Shown here: one piece after another, positions 41,521 to 51,476 of the stretch
Layout of the letters: every line of letters begins with the position of its first letter
How positions within the stretch are numbered: the stretch's first letter is position 1
Source: a virus
Length of the DNA stretch: 64,000 nt
IMG/VR virus record: IMGVR_UViG_3300046820_000298
Location: 1-64,000 of that record
Direction: 5' to 3' (one strand)
The notes under the pieces: generated by a model
The model's database searches: none
Told to the model about the DNA's origin: nothing
Seen by the model: the letters and a program-made list of their open reading frames with translations, nothing else
Position numbers and translations under genes: made by a program

Positions 41521-42684
41521 TTATTCACTTTCGAGGTTTTCCATCGATTGTGATTGATACCTTTGGGATTCAATTCCCTCCAGTATGCTTTTAATAGTCA
41601 TCTCTACAATCTCTTGGTGAGTGTGCTCAGGAAGCTCACATCCTACCCCAGAGGTAATAGAAATGGCTTTTGGTTTTCTTATGTAAACAATGTATATTTT
41701 AGGGACAACAAAAGTGTTATCTGAATATACATCGATAAAATTCTCTTTTACAGAATAAGGAATGTAATCAAAAGAAGTCCTGTTAAATGGGTCTTTCATT
41801 ACAGTTGGAATGTCGTCACTTTGAGCAAACCAACATTGACTTATTCTCTTATCTGCAGTTGGGGCCGATCTTCCATATATGTCATAAGTTGACTTAATAG
41901 TTTCGTATCTATAAATAGCCGAGGACATTGTTTCTCCTGCAGGTATCCAAGTTGTTCTTATGAATCCTCCTGTACTAGGATCAGCATTTAATGTAAAACT
42001 AGAATTACCAAAGTAAATATGGTTGCTATCTACTGGAGGATCAATTGCTGCACCTGTATCATTTAAAGTTTCTACAAGATTAGCATTATAAGATGGGAAG
42101 AAGCCGTTAAGATAATTGCTAGTTATAGCCATAGTATCTCTAGAAATCTCCTCACCATATGGGGTATTTATAAGGCTATTCCAATTAGCTCCAGTGTAAT
42201 AAGCAAGTCCTGCTAGAACAAAACCTGGAGACGGTGGAGTTAAGCTCGTTTTAACCCAATCAGTGCTGATATTATTCCTAGTTAAGTAGGATAATATTGA
42301 GCCATTACAATTGTAATGAACTTCAGCAGAAACAGATACAAGGAAAAGGTAGTCTAGTGGTAATGCTGCCCTTTCCATGTAAATGTTTGTAGTGCTTGTA
42401 GTATAAATATACCCTCCTAATGCATCAAAGAGGAATCCCCCGGTAGCTACTGTGCTTGAACTAGTAGTAACTACTAAGTTTCTCAAGTCATCTACTCTTT
42501 TTTGGGATTGCTCAAACCCTTTGCCTTGTCTGTTAGAACTTGCATTATACCGTTGCTTAATGAATCTCATCATAGCAATGTTTAATTCAAAGTCTATCTC
42601 TTGAGGTAAGAGAACGTCAGCCTGGAAGGATGCAATTTTTTGCACCCCCAGGTTGACAGCTATATGCATTTCGTTTACGGTCAT
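41521..42684 (-). CDS. head-tail ring protein (crAss-like conserved)
   Basis: EIDFELN...GFEQSQKRVDDLRNLV...YIRKP...CELPEHTHQEIV. Confidence 0.75.
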   Translation of the reverse strand: MTVNEMHIAVNLGVQKIASFQADVLLPQEIDFELNIAMMRFIKQRYNASSNRQGKGFEQSQKRVDDLRNLVVTTSSSTVATGGFLFDALGGYIYTTSTTNIYMERAALPLDYLFLVSVSAEVHYNCNGSILSYLTRNNISTDWVKTSLTPPSPGFVLAGLAYYTGANWNSLINTPYGEEISRDTMAITSNYLNGFFPSYNANLVETLNDTGAAIDPPVDSNHIYFGNSSFTLNADPSTGGFIRTTWIPAGETMSSAIYRYETIKSTYDIYGRSAPTADKRISQCWFAQSDDIPTVMKDPFNRTSFDYIPYSVKENFIDVYSDNTFVVPKIYIVYIRKPKAISITSGVGCELPEHTHQEIVEMTIKSILEGIESQRYQSQSMENLESE

Positions 42685-42687
42685 TTA

Positions 42688-43494
42688 TTAAGATACTTCT
42701 TTGAGCCTTGCTCTCATTGTATTTACTTGACCAGAGTTCTTCTTGTTCTTGAAGTATACAATTGCATCTTTCATATCTTCTCCGATTGTTTCGTCTTGGA
42801 AAATCACTTGATTCCCAATACGACGAAGAACATCTTTTGCAACCATTTCTTCAATCTCTGCTTGGATTTCTAGGTTGTCATCCATGCAGTATTTCAAGAA
42901 TTTCTCTGGGTTACTTCCTTTGTAATCGTACAGAGTATTTTCGATTTCCATGTCTGAAAGTCTCTCAGGATCTCCATCCACAAGAACTCTCAACAACATT
43001 TTCATCTTCTCGACGTTGCCAGTAAGTTTAATAAACTCTTTGTCAGCGTCTTTTCTAACCTGCACTTTAGCATTCTTTTTAAGAAGGTCTTTCTGTGGAT
43101 CGTAGATATAAAATCTTTTGTTTGGATCCATTTTCATCTCTTCTTCAGACAGTGCAACGTGTCTGTGCTTAAGGCACCACTTATAATAGATATAATCCAT
43201 TGTGTTAATTGGATTGCCATCATCATAAGTTCCGATCTCAAGTTCTGCTCCTTCAAAAGGTACTTTAAGGTTAAGACTAGCCCAAAAGTCTTTTGATTTT
43301 GAAGGCCATTCTTGGTGACCGGCTGGTACGTCAATGAAGTTTTTCAACAACTTCTCTTCTTCTTCTCCATCTACTCCTTTGAGTGGGAGACGATCTACAT
43401 ACATAGATCCGAGTTTAATTTTAGCTCCGGCTCTGATTTCCTTTGGAAGGTGATTCAAAACCTCTTTACGTCTAATAATAATTTTCCTTTCCAT
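42688..43494 (-). CDS. conserved crAss-like capsid-module protein downstream of the MCP
   Basis: 268 aa. DFW...NPINTMDYIYY...IGE..DAIVYF pattern and synteny. Confidence 0.6.
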   Translation of the reverse strand: MERKIIIRRKEVLNHLPKEIRAGAKIKLGSMYVDRLPLKGVDGEEEEKLLKNFIDVPAGHQEWPSKSKDFWASLNLKVPFEGAELEIGTYDDGNPINTMDYIYYKWCLKHRHVALSEEEMKMDPNKRFYIYDPQKDLLKKNAKVQVRKDADKEFIKLTGNVEKMKMLLRVLVDGDPERLSDMEIENTLYDYKGSNPEKFLKYCMDDNLEIQAEIEEMVAKDVLRRIGNQVIFQDETIGEDMKDAIVYFKNKKNSGQVNTMRARLKEVS

Positions 43495-43559
43495 AAATTT
43501 TGGTTCTTTTTATTAGTTAAGCTTAGGAAAAGAATAACCTAAGGTTTTATATAGTTTTT

Positions 43560-43586
43560 AAAAAGGGGGAGTTACCCCCCTTTTTA
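43560..43586 (-). terminator. intrinsic terminator after the major capsid gene
   Basis: On the - strand: AAAAAGGGGGG-TAAC-TCCCCCTTTTT, about 20 nt after the MCP stop. Confidence 0.85.
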
Positions 43587-43604
43587 TTGCAAACCAAACG
43601 CAAA

Positions 43605-45029
43605 TTACGATGCAACACACTGCATATCCAAACTAGTATCAAAACGACGAAGCAAGATACCAGCGGTCTTCAGCATGTGAACAGATGCACCGTCTATATC
43701 ACTAGCGCGGGTGTCAGTTTCAGTGAATCCTTTTGGAACCACAGAACCAGCTACACACCAACGGAGAAGTTCACGGCCTTTTTTGTTTACCATTTGAAGG
43801 TTGTTTTCACCATCATAAGTTGATTGGTCAACAAATGTCATACGGTAAGACTCGAGTGGAAGACCAGATACTGGGTGCTTTCTAGAAGCTTGAGCCACAG
43901 GACCATGATCGAACAAAGGAGACTTAACTACATTTATGTGGTGACCATCAATGTGCTGGTAGCTAGTGAAGTAACCGGTGATACCGAGGTTACGACCAGA
44001 ACCAGTGATGAAGTAAGGCTGAGTAGTCTGTAGGAATTGGTTACCACCATAGTAAGTCTTGAGTGCACGGTCAAATTCACGAGCACCACCGATACCAGTA
44101 TAGAGAGTAACTTGTTTGTCAGTAGCATCAGTCATACCATAGAACAAATCCCCGATAGTCTCCTCAAGTTTAGCTTGAGTAAGAGTAGAGTAAGTGTCTT
44201 TGTTAATGATCTGTTCGAACAAACCAGGACCAGAGATTACAGGTTGGCCGTTCTCATCGAGCATGGTAGAAGTACCAGTTGCATCGTGAGTCTTTTGACC
44301 ATACCAGTAGTACATTTCACACTCTTCTTTGAACTTAAGCATGTGACGGTACTCTTCGTAATCCATCCACAACTTAGTCTTAGAACCTTCTTTCAAAGGC
44401 AATTCAAACTGAGCTACATAGTCTTTAGCATTTCCAGAGAAGTGGTAAGACTTACGTACAGTACCAATCTTAGAACGAACAAGACCTGGAGCAGTCCAGT
44501 TAGATGCATTACCACGTGAGAAGTCAATACCCACGTTAGCATACAACATACCCCAAAGAGCACCAGGTGAGCAATCAGCTACACTTACAGATGCTACATC
44601 TGGAGAAACAATCTTCAAAGTGTATTTCCAATTGCTACCATCAGCTACTGGCTCATTCATGATACGAGCAAGAGCACCAGATTGTGATACCAAGGTGTAA
44701 GGGAAAATAAACCACTTATCAGGAAAGGTAAGGGTGAAAGGAGCTCCACCTGCACCAACTACAGCACCAGGTGCTGCTGATACAACAGGACGAACATTGA
44801 TTTCGTGAGTTTTTACACGATACTCATACTCGAAACGGTCGATAGAACGAGTGTTACCAACACCTTCAGTCAAGAAGGATAGTGGGAATTTCTTTTCTTC
44901 ACGGCCAGCCAAGTGAGTAATAATCGGAGATAATTCCGCAGGACGTTCCATAAGTGCATTGGCCAACGAGTTACTGTCGGTCATCTGCGAGTCGTTATAG
45001 TACGTCTTAAGTACTTGCATTAATGACAT
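43605..45029 (-). CDS. major capsid protein (crAss-like HK97 fold)
   Basis: 474 aa. TDSNSL, FPLSFLTEG, GPGLFEQI, LYTGIGGAREF, HPVSGLPLESYRMTF. Highly expressed codon usage. Confidence 0.9.
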   Translation of the reverse strand: MSLMQVLKTYYNDSQMTDSNSLANALMERPAELSPIITHLAGREEKKFPLSFLTEGVGNTRSIDRFEYEYRVKTHEINVRPVVSAAPGAVVGAGGAPFTLTFPDKWFIFPYTLVSQSGALARIMNEPVADGSNWKYTLKIVSPDVASVSVADCSPGALWGMLYANVGIDFSRGNASNWTAPGLVRSKIGTVRKSYHFSGNAKDYVAQFELPLKEGSKTKLWMDYEEYRHMLKFKEECEMYYWYGQKTHDATGTSTMLDENGQPVISGPGLFEQIINKDTYSTLTQAKLEETIGDLFYGMTDATDKQVTLYTGIGGAREFDRALKTYYGGNQFLQTTQPYFITGSGRNLGITGYFTSYQHIDGHHINVVKSPLFDHGPVAQASRKHPVSGLPLESYRMTFVDQSTYDGENNLQMVNKKGRELLRWCVAGSVVPKGFTETDTRASDIDGASVHMLKTAGILLRRFDTSLDMQCVAS

Positions 45030-45064
45030 GATTCTATAATTTTAAAAGTTAATGGTGTTTGAGT

Positions 45065-46210
45065 TTATTCAAACAGCTTTTTCATATCCAGTTGGTCTGG
45101 ATCAAATTTCTTAGCTCGTCCTTTTTCTACCTTTCCGTAGTTCTTGACTCTGTCTTCGTTACGTTGGATTTTATCTCTCAGGCTCTTTACACTTTCAGTC
45201 TTAGCTTTAGTAGTAATGATATCTTGAAGATTCATCCCTTTGTACATCAGATAGTCAATAGCCAGTTTAACATCGAGTTCTGAACTAGCATAGTCCATAT
45301 CTCTACGTGTTCTGCCTGATTTATCTACAGGTGCGGAAATATAATCAAAGAACTTAGCTTTCTCTTTTTCTGGTATTCTAATCCCAGCAAATTCTTTTCC
45401 TTGGTCGATTGTAGCAGCTACGTTCTCCCAAAATTCTTCTTGAGCTCTTTCTTGTTGAGCTCTCTCTTGTTTCTGTTGCTCTACTATTTGCTCTCTTTCT
45501 CTAGACTGAATAGCTGCTAGTTGTTTTTGAGCAACTATTGCTTTATCATAGAGTTTACCAGAGTCTTCATAGTCCTCGAGCATATCTTTAATGAACTCCT
45601 CATCGTGTCCTTTATTCTTAAAGTATTCAGACACAAATGCTTTCTGAGTTCTACTATCATTTCTATCGATATCATATTGAGAGTAATCCATACTTGGATT
45701 GTAAGCTTGGAAGAACTTTTCAGAATCTCCACCAGCCAGTACAAAGTCAAGATGCTTTTGTACTAGTGGGAACTGTTGAAACAGTTCGTTAAGCTGATCC
45801 TCTGCAATATTCTGAGCAATGTCTTTAGTAAATTCTACTAGACCTTCCTCAGTATCAGCATAATCATTCTCAATATCGTATCCAAGTGCCTTTGCAATGG
45901 ATTCTGCTACAGACCCAGCTTCTTCCGAATCGTCTTCATCAGACTCTTCATCATCTTCTTGGTTTTGTCTAGCATACTTTTTTGACTGGAGCTCTTCGTC
46001 GTCATCGTCTTCGTCTTCTTCTCTATTTCTTCTACCTGAGGGTTCTGAGTCTGAGTCTTCTGACTCTCCATCTTCATCTTCTGGTTCTTCTTCATTTTCA
46101 AGTTCGTCTTTAGTTGTTTCCTCTTGTTCATCAAGAGTGTTGAGACCATCCCCTATAAAATCGTCGAAGGTGATGTCTGCAATGTTCAATTTTTGTTCTT
46201 TGGTTGCCAT
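45065..46210 (-). CDS. acidic scaffold-like protein
   Basis: 381 aa with very long Asp/Glu tracts and a coiled coil, immediately upstream of the MCP. Confidence 0.7.
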   Translation of the reverse strand: MATKEQKLNIADITFDDFIGDGLNTLDEQEETTKDELENEEEPEDEDGESEDSDSEPSGRRNREEDEDDDDEELQSKKYARQNQEDDEESDEDDSEEAGSVAESIAKALGYDIENDYADTEEGLVEFTKDIAQNIAEDQLNELFQQFPLVQKHLDFVLAGGDSEKFFQAYNPSMDYSQYDIDRNDSRTQKAFVSEYFKNKGHDEEFIKDMLEDYEDSGKLYDKAIVAQKQLAAIQSREREQIVEQQKQERAQQERAQEEFWENVAATIDQGKEFAGIRIPEKEKAKFFDYISAPVDKSGRTRRDMDYASSELDVKLAIDYLMYKGMNLQDIITTKAKTESVKSLRDKIQRNEDRVKNYGKVEKGRAKKFDPDQLDMKKLFE

Positions 46211-46215
46211 ATTTA

Positions 46216-46223
46216 CAAAGGTA
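46216..46223 (-). promoter_or_regulatory. TAnnTTTG -7 element upstream of scaffold/MCP
   Basis: TACCTTTG-5 nt-ATG. Confidence 0.6.
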
Positions 46224-46253
46224 TTGGTTTACTTATAGTTAAAAAGTATAAAT

Positions 46254-46814
46254 TTATCTTTTATACTTAGCTTTATTGTATAGCACTCTGTTCTTTAGTC
46301 CCCCTACAATGTATCTTTTTCTAGACTCTTCTGGACGTCCTGTTCTCCATTCATACATTGCTATTTCTTGGTTAGTATCGTAAGAACCTCCCATCTGCAT
46401 TCTAGCAGGAGATTCGATTACTGTTCCTTCATACGGTCCAGTTGGGAGGTTAGATATTCCAGGAGGGACGGCTTTGTAAGACTCTACTAAGTTACCACTA
46501 TTGTCAACCTTATCTATATTGATAGGGACTTTCATCCCCATAGTATTAAAACTCTGTCCAGGTTGAACATCAGGGAAAGCCATAGATTGATCTACTTGTC
46601 CTGCTTCATGTGCAGGACGTAACCCTTGCTCTTGTTCTTGTGGAGTTTGAGCAACCTGCATAGGGGGTTGAAAGCTAGCAGCTTGCTGCTCTTGTACAAA
46701 TTCTTCAATTAGATCTCTACCTTGACTGTAAGCAGAATAAACATCTAGGATACTCCCAGGAAACCCGGAAGATCTAGCTTTATCTAATAATGCTCTTCTG
46801 GTAGAATTATCCAT
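46254..46814 (-). CDS. hypothetical capsid-module protein
   Basis: 186 aa and Gln/Pro-rich. Contains RMQMGG and RYIVGG motifs. Confidence 0.6.
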   Translation of the reverse strand: MDNSTRRALLDKARSSGFPGSILDVYSAYSQGRDLIEEFVQEQQAASFQPPMQVAQTPQEQEQGLRPAHEAGQVDQSMAFPDVQPGQSFNTMGMKVPINIDKVDNSGNLVESYKAVPPGISNLPTGPYEGTVIESPARMQMGGSYDTNQEIAMYEWRTGRPEESRKRYIVGGLKNRVLYNKAKYKR

Positions 46815-47227
46815 TAAGACAAGAACTTAAGTTTGTATTTAGCAGAGTTTAGAGTAGACTTAATGTTATCTAAGTCATTAACTATTTCAGAGAATTCACA
46901 TCCATCTTGAACTCTAGTGATCTTATTGTGAAGTTGATCGATGTAGTTAATTGCATCTTTAACTGAGCCTAGACGTGGGGCTGATACATCTGGGTAATCC
47001 GGGATTGTACCTGTTGCTCCTTGGTATCCTTCAGCAATGTCATCTGCATGACCAGGAAGTGCATCATAAAGTTCGTTAAGTGCTTTGTGTGCAGCATAAG
47101 AACCTGCTCCAGTTACTGATAGATGCAAGATATGCACCTTAGTTGCGGCATCCATAAGTTCTACAGCTAGTGCTGGAATAGAATCTTTTTTAGATGACTT
47201 CTCTTTCATTTTGTCTATATAGCTCAT
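46814..47227 (-). CDS. Dps/ferritin-like protein
   Basis: VHILHLSV...SYAAHKALNELYD...DDIAEGYQG...N.LD.I...L...KYKL. Confidence 0.75.
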   Translation of the reverse strand: MSYIDKMKEKSSKKDSIPALAVELMDAATKVHILHLSVTGAGSYAAHKALNELYDALPGHADDIAEGYQGATGTIPDYPDVSAPRLGSVKDAINYIDQLHNKITRVQDGCEFSEIVNDLDNIKSTLNSAKYKLKFLS

Positions 47228-49431
47228 TCTGCTAGGTTTTGGTTAGCTTTAATATCTATTTCTTTTTCTTTTAAAGCTAGTTGTTGCTGCTTAATCTGAA
47301 AATCTTGCATCATCTTTTCAAGGTTATTGTTAGATGATTTATCTTGAGCTTCAGCTGCAATAAGAGCTTTTTCTATTTCAAGTTGTCTATCTTTCTCTTT
47401 ATCCAAAGCTGCTTGCTGTATAGCCTGTTGCTTAACTTGAATTTCTTGCTGAGCTTGCTGCTGTTGAGCTTGCTCTTGTGCTTTCCTCAAGTCATCAGCT
47501 TGCTTCTCAGCTTGCTTAATTTTGTCTTTAATCTGAGAGAAACTATCACTTTCAAATATCGATACAACTGTAGACATAGGCATTCCATTCTGCACTGCAG
47601 CTTGGGCCAAGCCTTCTAGTTTCTGTTTCTTCTCTGCATCTTTACCAGCATCAGAGACAAATATACCATATTCTGCCTCCATGTGAGTAACTGGTTCTAA
47701 GTCAATAGCATCCATACTGCCATCAGGCATTACATACATTGCCTTCTTCCCATTGAGCCAAGCCTCTTTTGAGTAATCCAAAAGCCCTTGTAACTCCCTT
47801 CTTTCGAAGTGTGCAAACTTTCTAAATATATCTTCTGTAATATGAGAAGACTGGACAATGCTCTGCTGAGACGTGGCTTTTCCTTCATAAGAACTCATTT
47901 GACCCTGTCTCTGTCTAGTCACCCCACTAACTTTCTCCCATTCGACCATGATTGATTCGAGCAAGGTTAGGTATTGAGATATTGTCTTAATAGACATATC
48001 CAATACTGACTGATGCTGAGGAGATAACTGAATTCCTTCTTTGTTGTAGTCTACCCAAGCTATACCTGTGCCCTCTACAAAATACATGAACTTATCCATG
48101 TCCCAGTTTTTAGGGATCATGTTAATGTCGAACTGAGCAATAATATCCTTGCTTCGTGCAATAGCTAGTTCAAGACGGTATTTGTAAATATTGTAATTGA
48201 GCTGGTAAGCTATCCCTAGACTTACCAAAGAAATACTCTGAGAGTTAATATCTGAGTACTTCCTTCCATTGATTGGAAGTCTACATATGGATGGGTTATC
48301 TAGACTGTTACGTTGGTTCTTATATGGACGAACATTGATAAAGAATCTTCTATCAATTCTGGTTCCCTCCCATACTTCGTTTACCCACTCCCATTCCATC
48401 TTGGCCCCTAGATCTTTGAGTTCTTGAGGAAGCTTGTACCCTTCTTCAACATCAAACATCTCAGTATTCCCTGTATTAGGATCGTTGTAAGTCACAAATC
48501 CAATACGTTTCCTACTTTTCCAATAGACTGTTATTATCTCAATTAACCTATTACGGTATATGTTATCATCTGCTCCACTAGCTTCAGCTCTATACAAAAG
48601 ATAAGCTTCAGCTGATGTGTGAGTCGGAGATTCTAATTCTAGAACTTGTTCGTCACTAAGGTATTCCCCAAATATGTCAATAATGGTAGATGCGTGAGAA
48701 TATTTTCTAATGATAGCCCAGTCGGCATCTTCAACGAAATCGATATCAGGATCTTTGTCATAGTCAATGTCTAGTGGGTTAACTACCTCGTAAAATACTT
48801 CTTCTCTTCTTACCCCTTTATGTGAATAGCACTCCCCAGTTACTAGGAAGTGAAAGAAAAGCTTTTGAAATTTATCATAAACCTCATTGTAGTACATCAT
48901 ATAATTCAAGGCTGCTTGCCCAACTATTGCTCTGTGGTCTACATAACTTCTCTCAAACTCTTCTGCTACTTGTTTTGGGAGTGGAGGTTCTTCTTGTTCT
49001 GGAAGTTCTACTTCTTGTTGTTTAGCTAGCTCTGCCAAGAACTTAGTCTTTAAGTTAGCTAGGATTAAGTTCTTAAGTGCCTCTTCTTTCAAGCTGATTG
49101 AGTCAGCATTCTGAACTGTAACAGTGTATTCAAGAGGACGTTTAGACTTCTCCCCAAGTAGTAGATCGATGATCGGCTTAATGATCGGGTAATTACGGAG
49201 CTTCGAAGGAAAGTGGCTTCGAGTTTTACCATAAGGTTTAAGGACGTAATTATAGTCCTCTTCATCGATTACCCCGTTATAGTAATCATACAAAGACTTA
49301 AGGTAGCTACGTCTTTCACTAATACCAAACTTAGATAGGTTGATAAATGCATTGACGCAGTCTTCTTTCCACTTGTCATCTTTCTGAGAAAAGGGGATTC
49401 GTTGCTTGGGGATTGTAGCTTGTCCGAACAT
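47224..49431 (-). CDS. portal protein
   Basis: 735 aa. IPKQRIP..QK...W, NYPIIKPIIDLLLGE, VYWKS, WVNEVWEG, SGVTRQRQG. Follows TerL. Confidence 0.9.
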   Translation of the reverse strand: MFGQATIPKQRIPFSQKDDKWKEDCVNAFINLSKFGISERRSYLKSLYDYYNGVIDEEDYNYVLKPYGKTRSHFPSKLRNYPIIKPIIDLLLGEKSKRPLEYTVTVQNADSISLKEEALKNLILANLKTKFLAELAKQQEVELPEQEEPPLPKQVAEEFERSYVDHRAIVGQAALNYMMYYNEVYDKFQKLFFHFLVTGECYSHKGVRREEVFYEVVNPLDIDYDKDPDIDFVEDADWAIIRKYSHASTIIDIFGEYLSDEQVLELESPTHTSAEAYLLYRAEASGADDNIYRNRLIEIITVYWKSRKRIGFVTYNDPNTGNTEMFDVEEGYKLPQELKDLGAKMEWEWVNEVWEGTRIDRRFFINVRPYKNQRNSLDNPSICRLPINGRKYSDINSQSISLVSLGIAYQLNYNIYKYRLELAIARSKDIIAQFDINMIPKNWDMDKFMYFVEGTGIAWVDYNKEGIQLSPQHQSVLDMSIKTISQYLTLLESIMVEWEKVSGVTRQRQGQMSSYEGKATSQQSIVQSSHITEDIFRKFAHFERRELQGLLDYSKEAWLNGKKAMYVMPDGSMDAIDLEPVTHMEAEYGIFVSDAGKDAEKKQKLEGLAQAAVQNGMPMSTVVSIFESDSFSQIKDKIKQAEKQADDLRKAQEQAQQQQAQQEIQVKQQAIQQAALDKEKDRQLEIEKALIAAEAQDKSSNNNLEKMMQDFQIKQQQLALKEKEIDIKANQNLAE

Positions 49432-49436
49432 TAATA

Positions 49437-49444
49437 CAAAAGTA
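49437..49444 (-). promoter_or_regulatory. TAnnTTTG -7 element upstream of portal
   Basis: TACTTTTG-5 nt-ATG. Confidence 0.6.
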
Positions 49445-49508
49445 GTTTTGTTTTACAGAAGGTCTTTAAAATAAGTCATTTTCCTAGTGTGTTTAATATA
49501 TCACACTA

Positions 49509-51476
49509 TTACTTATACATCTTATCGAACCAGTCATTGCTTGAGTTATCGTTATCATTAAAGCTTAACTCCTTGTTGTATAGCTCTCTAGTGTGGTACA
49601 TACCAATCATTAAAGCCATTACACGGTCAAAGTTACCTTTCCTGTTAAACTTGATTAACTCCTGCAATAAAGCAAGGTCGTAAATTTTCTGCAAGTTAAG
49701 GGTAATATTGCCATCTTCGTCAGCTCCCCTCCCAGAAATTAACCAGTCTCTTATGTATAGTTCTCCTTGGGACTTTCTCTGCTCAGTCATGTGCATCCCA
49801 AATTGTCGTTTTACATTCTTACTTCGGAGTTCTTTCTTATCCAACATCTCAAATTCCTCTTGCAGCAGGTGCATCTTACGGAATCTCTTAGCATAAGCTA
49901 TGACTTCTCCTCGGTCATTCTCAAATCCTATCTTAGCATTGTAGTACTCTGCTAACATAAACAAGGTTCTGTTGTATTCGTCCTGGGTCTGTGGACGGCC
50001 TACGTAAGATGCTACAATTAAGTCATCTGGTTTAGACATATTGTTAGGGACCTTGATAACATAAGCTGCCCCAAGTGAGCTAGAGCTCTCAGCCTTCCCT
50101 TGAGCATACGGGTCATGACAAATAATGTACAGATTCTTTGGGGTTACCTCTTCTATCTCTGTTTTAAATGGAGGTTCGTATATAACTACTGCCCCAGTTA
50201 AGTTATCATCTTTCCTGTGTGGAAATTTAGAGATAGCACGTAGGTTATTGTTAGGGGTAAAGTCTGCTTTACCTTTTGAGTTGTAATACATCTCCCCTAC
50301 TACCCCTATCGTATCTAGATTCCCGGATATTACTTTATTGTACTGCTCTTTTAACGAGTTGACATCAAATGTGTTAGCTGTAACTTGCAGTGTTGCTTCT
50401 TGTGGGGTAAATGGGTGTTCAGCTATGTATTGGTCATAAGATTTAGGGTCATTCCCCTTCTTCTTCTTTTCTCTTTGCTCTTCTTCGTACTCAACTGCTT
50501 GGCTAATTAAGCTATTCCCATTCTCATCTATAAACCCATCTAGGTTTTTGTAGATTGGGACAAAGTATCCACAGATTGTCCCCATAGCCCCAGCATCCCA
50601 GTCATTTTCAAACCCTAAACAGTTGTAAGCATCAGGGTGATAGAACAATTCTTCAAGTCCTTCAAATCCAGGGCCCTCTTCTCCACCTGTCCCAAAGGCA
50701 ATCATAGTACCAAGTGTCTTAGAACCTTGTCTCATTGTAGGCATAGCTACCTCCCAAGCCTTTAATAAGCCTGAGAATGAACCTGATTCTTCGAAGAATA
50801 TTAACTCTCCTGCTTTACCGCGGATTTTGTCTGGATCATCTTTAAGAGATACCCCAATTATCTGTGACTTAAACCCAAGAGTTACATCGGCCCCGTTAAC
50901 ATTCTTTTTGTACCCGGATTGCTTATGCATTTCACGGTCAATAAGTCTAGGTTGTGTCCAAGCTGTATTGTCATCTATAAAAGAGATAATATCCCAAGCT
51001 TTAGACAGCATTCCATCCCCAGTTAAGTATTGCTTATCTGAAGCAAACACGAAGTTCTTACTATTCCTTAAGTGGAAGTAGTTCCTACACAGCATTGCTG
51101 CAGCCTTGTAGGAGAAACCTTTACGTCTAGCTTTCAAGACAACCATGTGCTTGTTATCTCGTCTAGCTTTATCTACAGCATTAAAGTATTCGTAGTCCCC
51201 GTCGTAAAAAGCTGGGAAGCTTCGATCTCTTCTAGAGATTATCTCCCCATCTGGCTGCTCCTCATCTATAATCCTATCAATTGGGCAATAGTTTAAGTAG
51301 AAGTAGTGAAACCCTGAGATTTTAACCCCATTTATTTCATGACCATGCATACATCTAAACTGTTCCCTATCCCAATAGTCATAATACTGCTTAGTTCCAG
51401 GGAGAGCATCTGTGTAATGCCCGTACTCAATGTAATGTTTAGCTACTTCAGAAAATAAGTGGGTGTTCTTTAGCAT
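49509..51476 (-). CDS. terL: terminase large subunit
   Basis: Walker A-like LKARRKGFSY, Walker B IFFEESG, AFGTGG, nuclease CHDPY and GNFDRVMA. Confidence 0.93.
   Translation of the reverse strand: MLKNTHLFSEVAKHYIEYGHYTDALPGTKQYYDYWDREQFRCMHGHEINGVKISGFHYFYLNYCPIDRIIDEEQPDGEIISRRDRSFPAFYDGDYEYFNAVDKARRDNKHMVVLKARRKGFSYKAAAMLCRNYFHLRNSKNFVFASDKQYLTGDGMLSKAWDIISFIDDNTAWTQPRLIDREMHKQSGYKKNVNGADVTLGFKSQIIGVSLKDDPDKIRGKAGELIFFEESGSFSGLLKAWEVAMPTMRQGSKTLGTMIAFGTGGEEGPGFEGLEELFYHPDAYNCLGFENDWDAGAMGTICGYFVPIYKNLDGFIDENGNSLISQAVEYEEEQREKKKKGNDPKSYDQYIAEHPFTPQEATLQVTANTFDVNSLKEQYNKVISGNLDTIGVVGEMYYNSKGKADFTPNNNLRAISKFPHRKDDNLTGAVVIYEPPFKTEIEEVTPKNLYIICHDPYAQGKAESSSSLGAAYVIKVPNNMSKPDDLIVASYVGRPQTQDEYNRTLFMLAEYYNAKIGFENDRGEVIAYAKRFRKMHLLQEEFEMLDKKELRSKNVKRQFGMHMTEQRKSQGELYIRDWLISGRGADEDGNITLNLQKIYDLALLQELIKFNRKGNFDRVMALMIGMYHTRELYNKELSFNDNDNSSNDWFDKMYK

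Noticed and set aside
45897-46238. Poly-Ser ORF on the + strand
   Set aside because: It is the antisense reading of the Asp/Glu tract of the scaffold-like gene.
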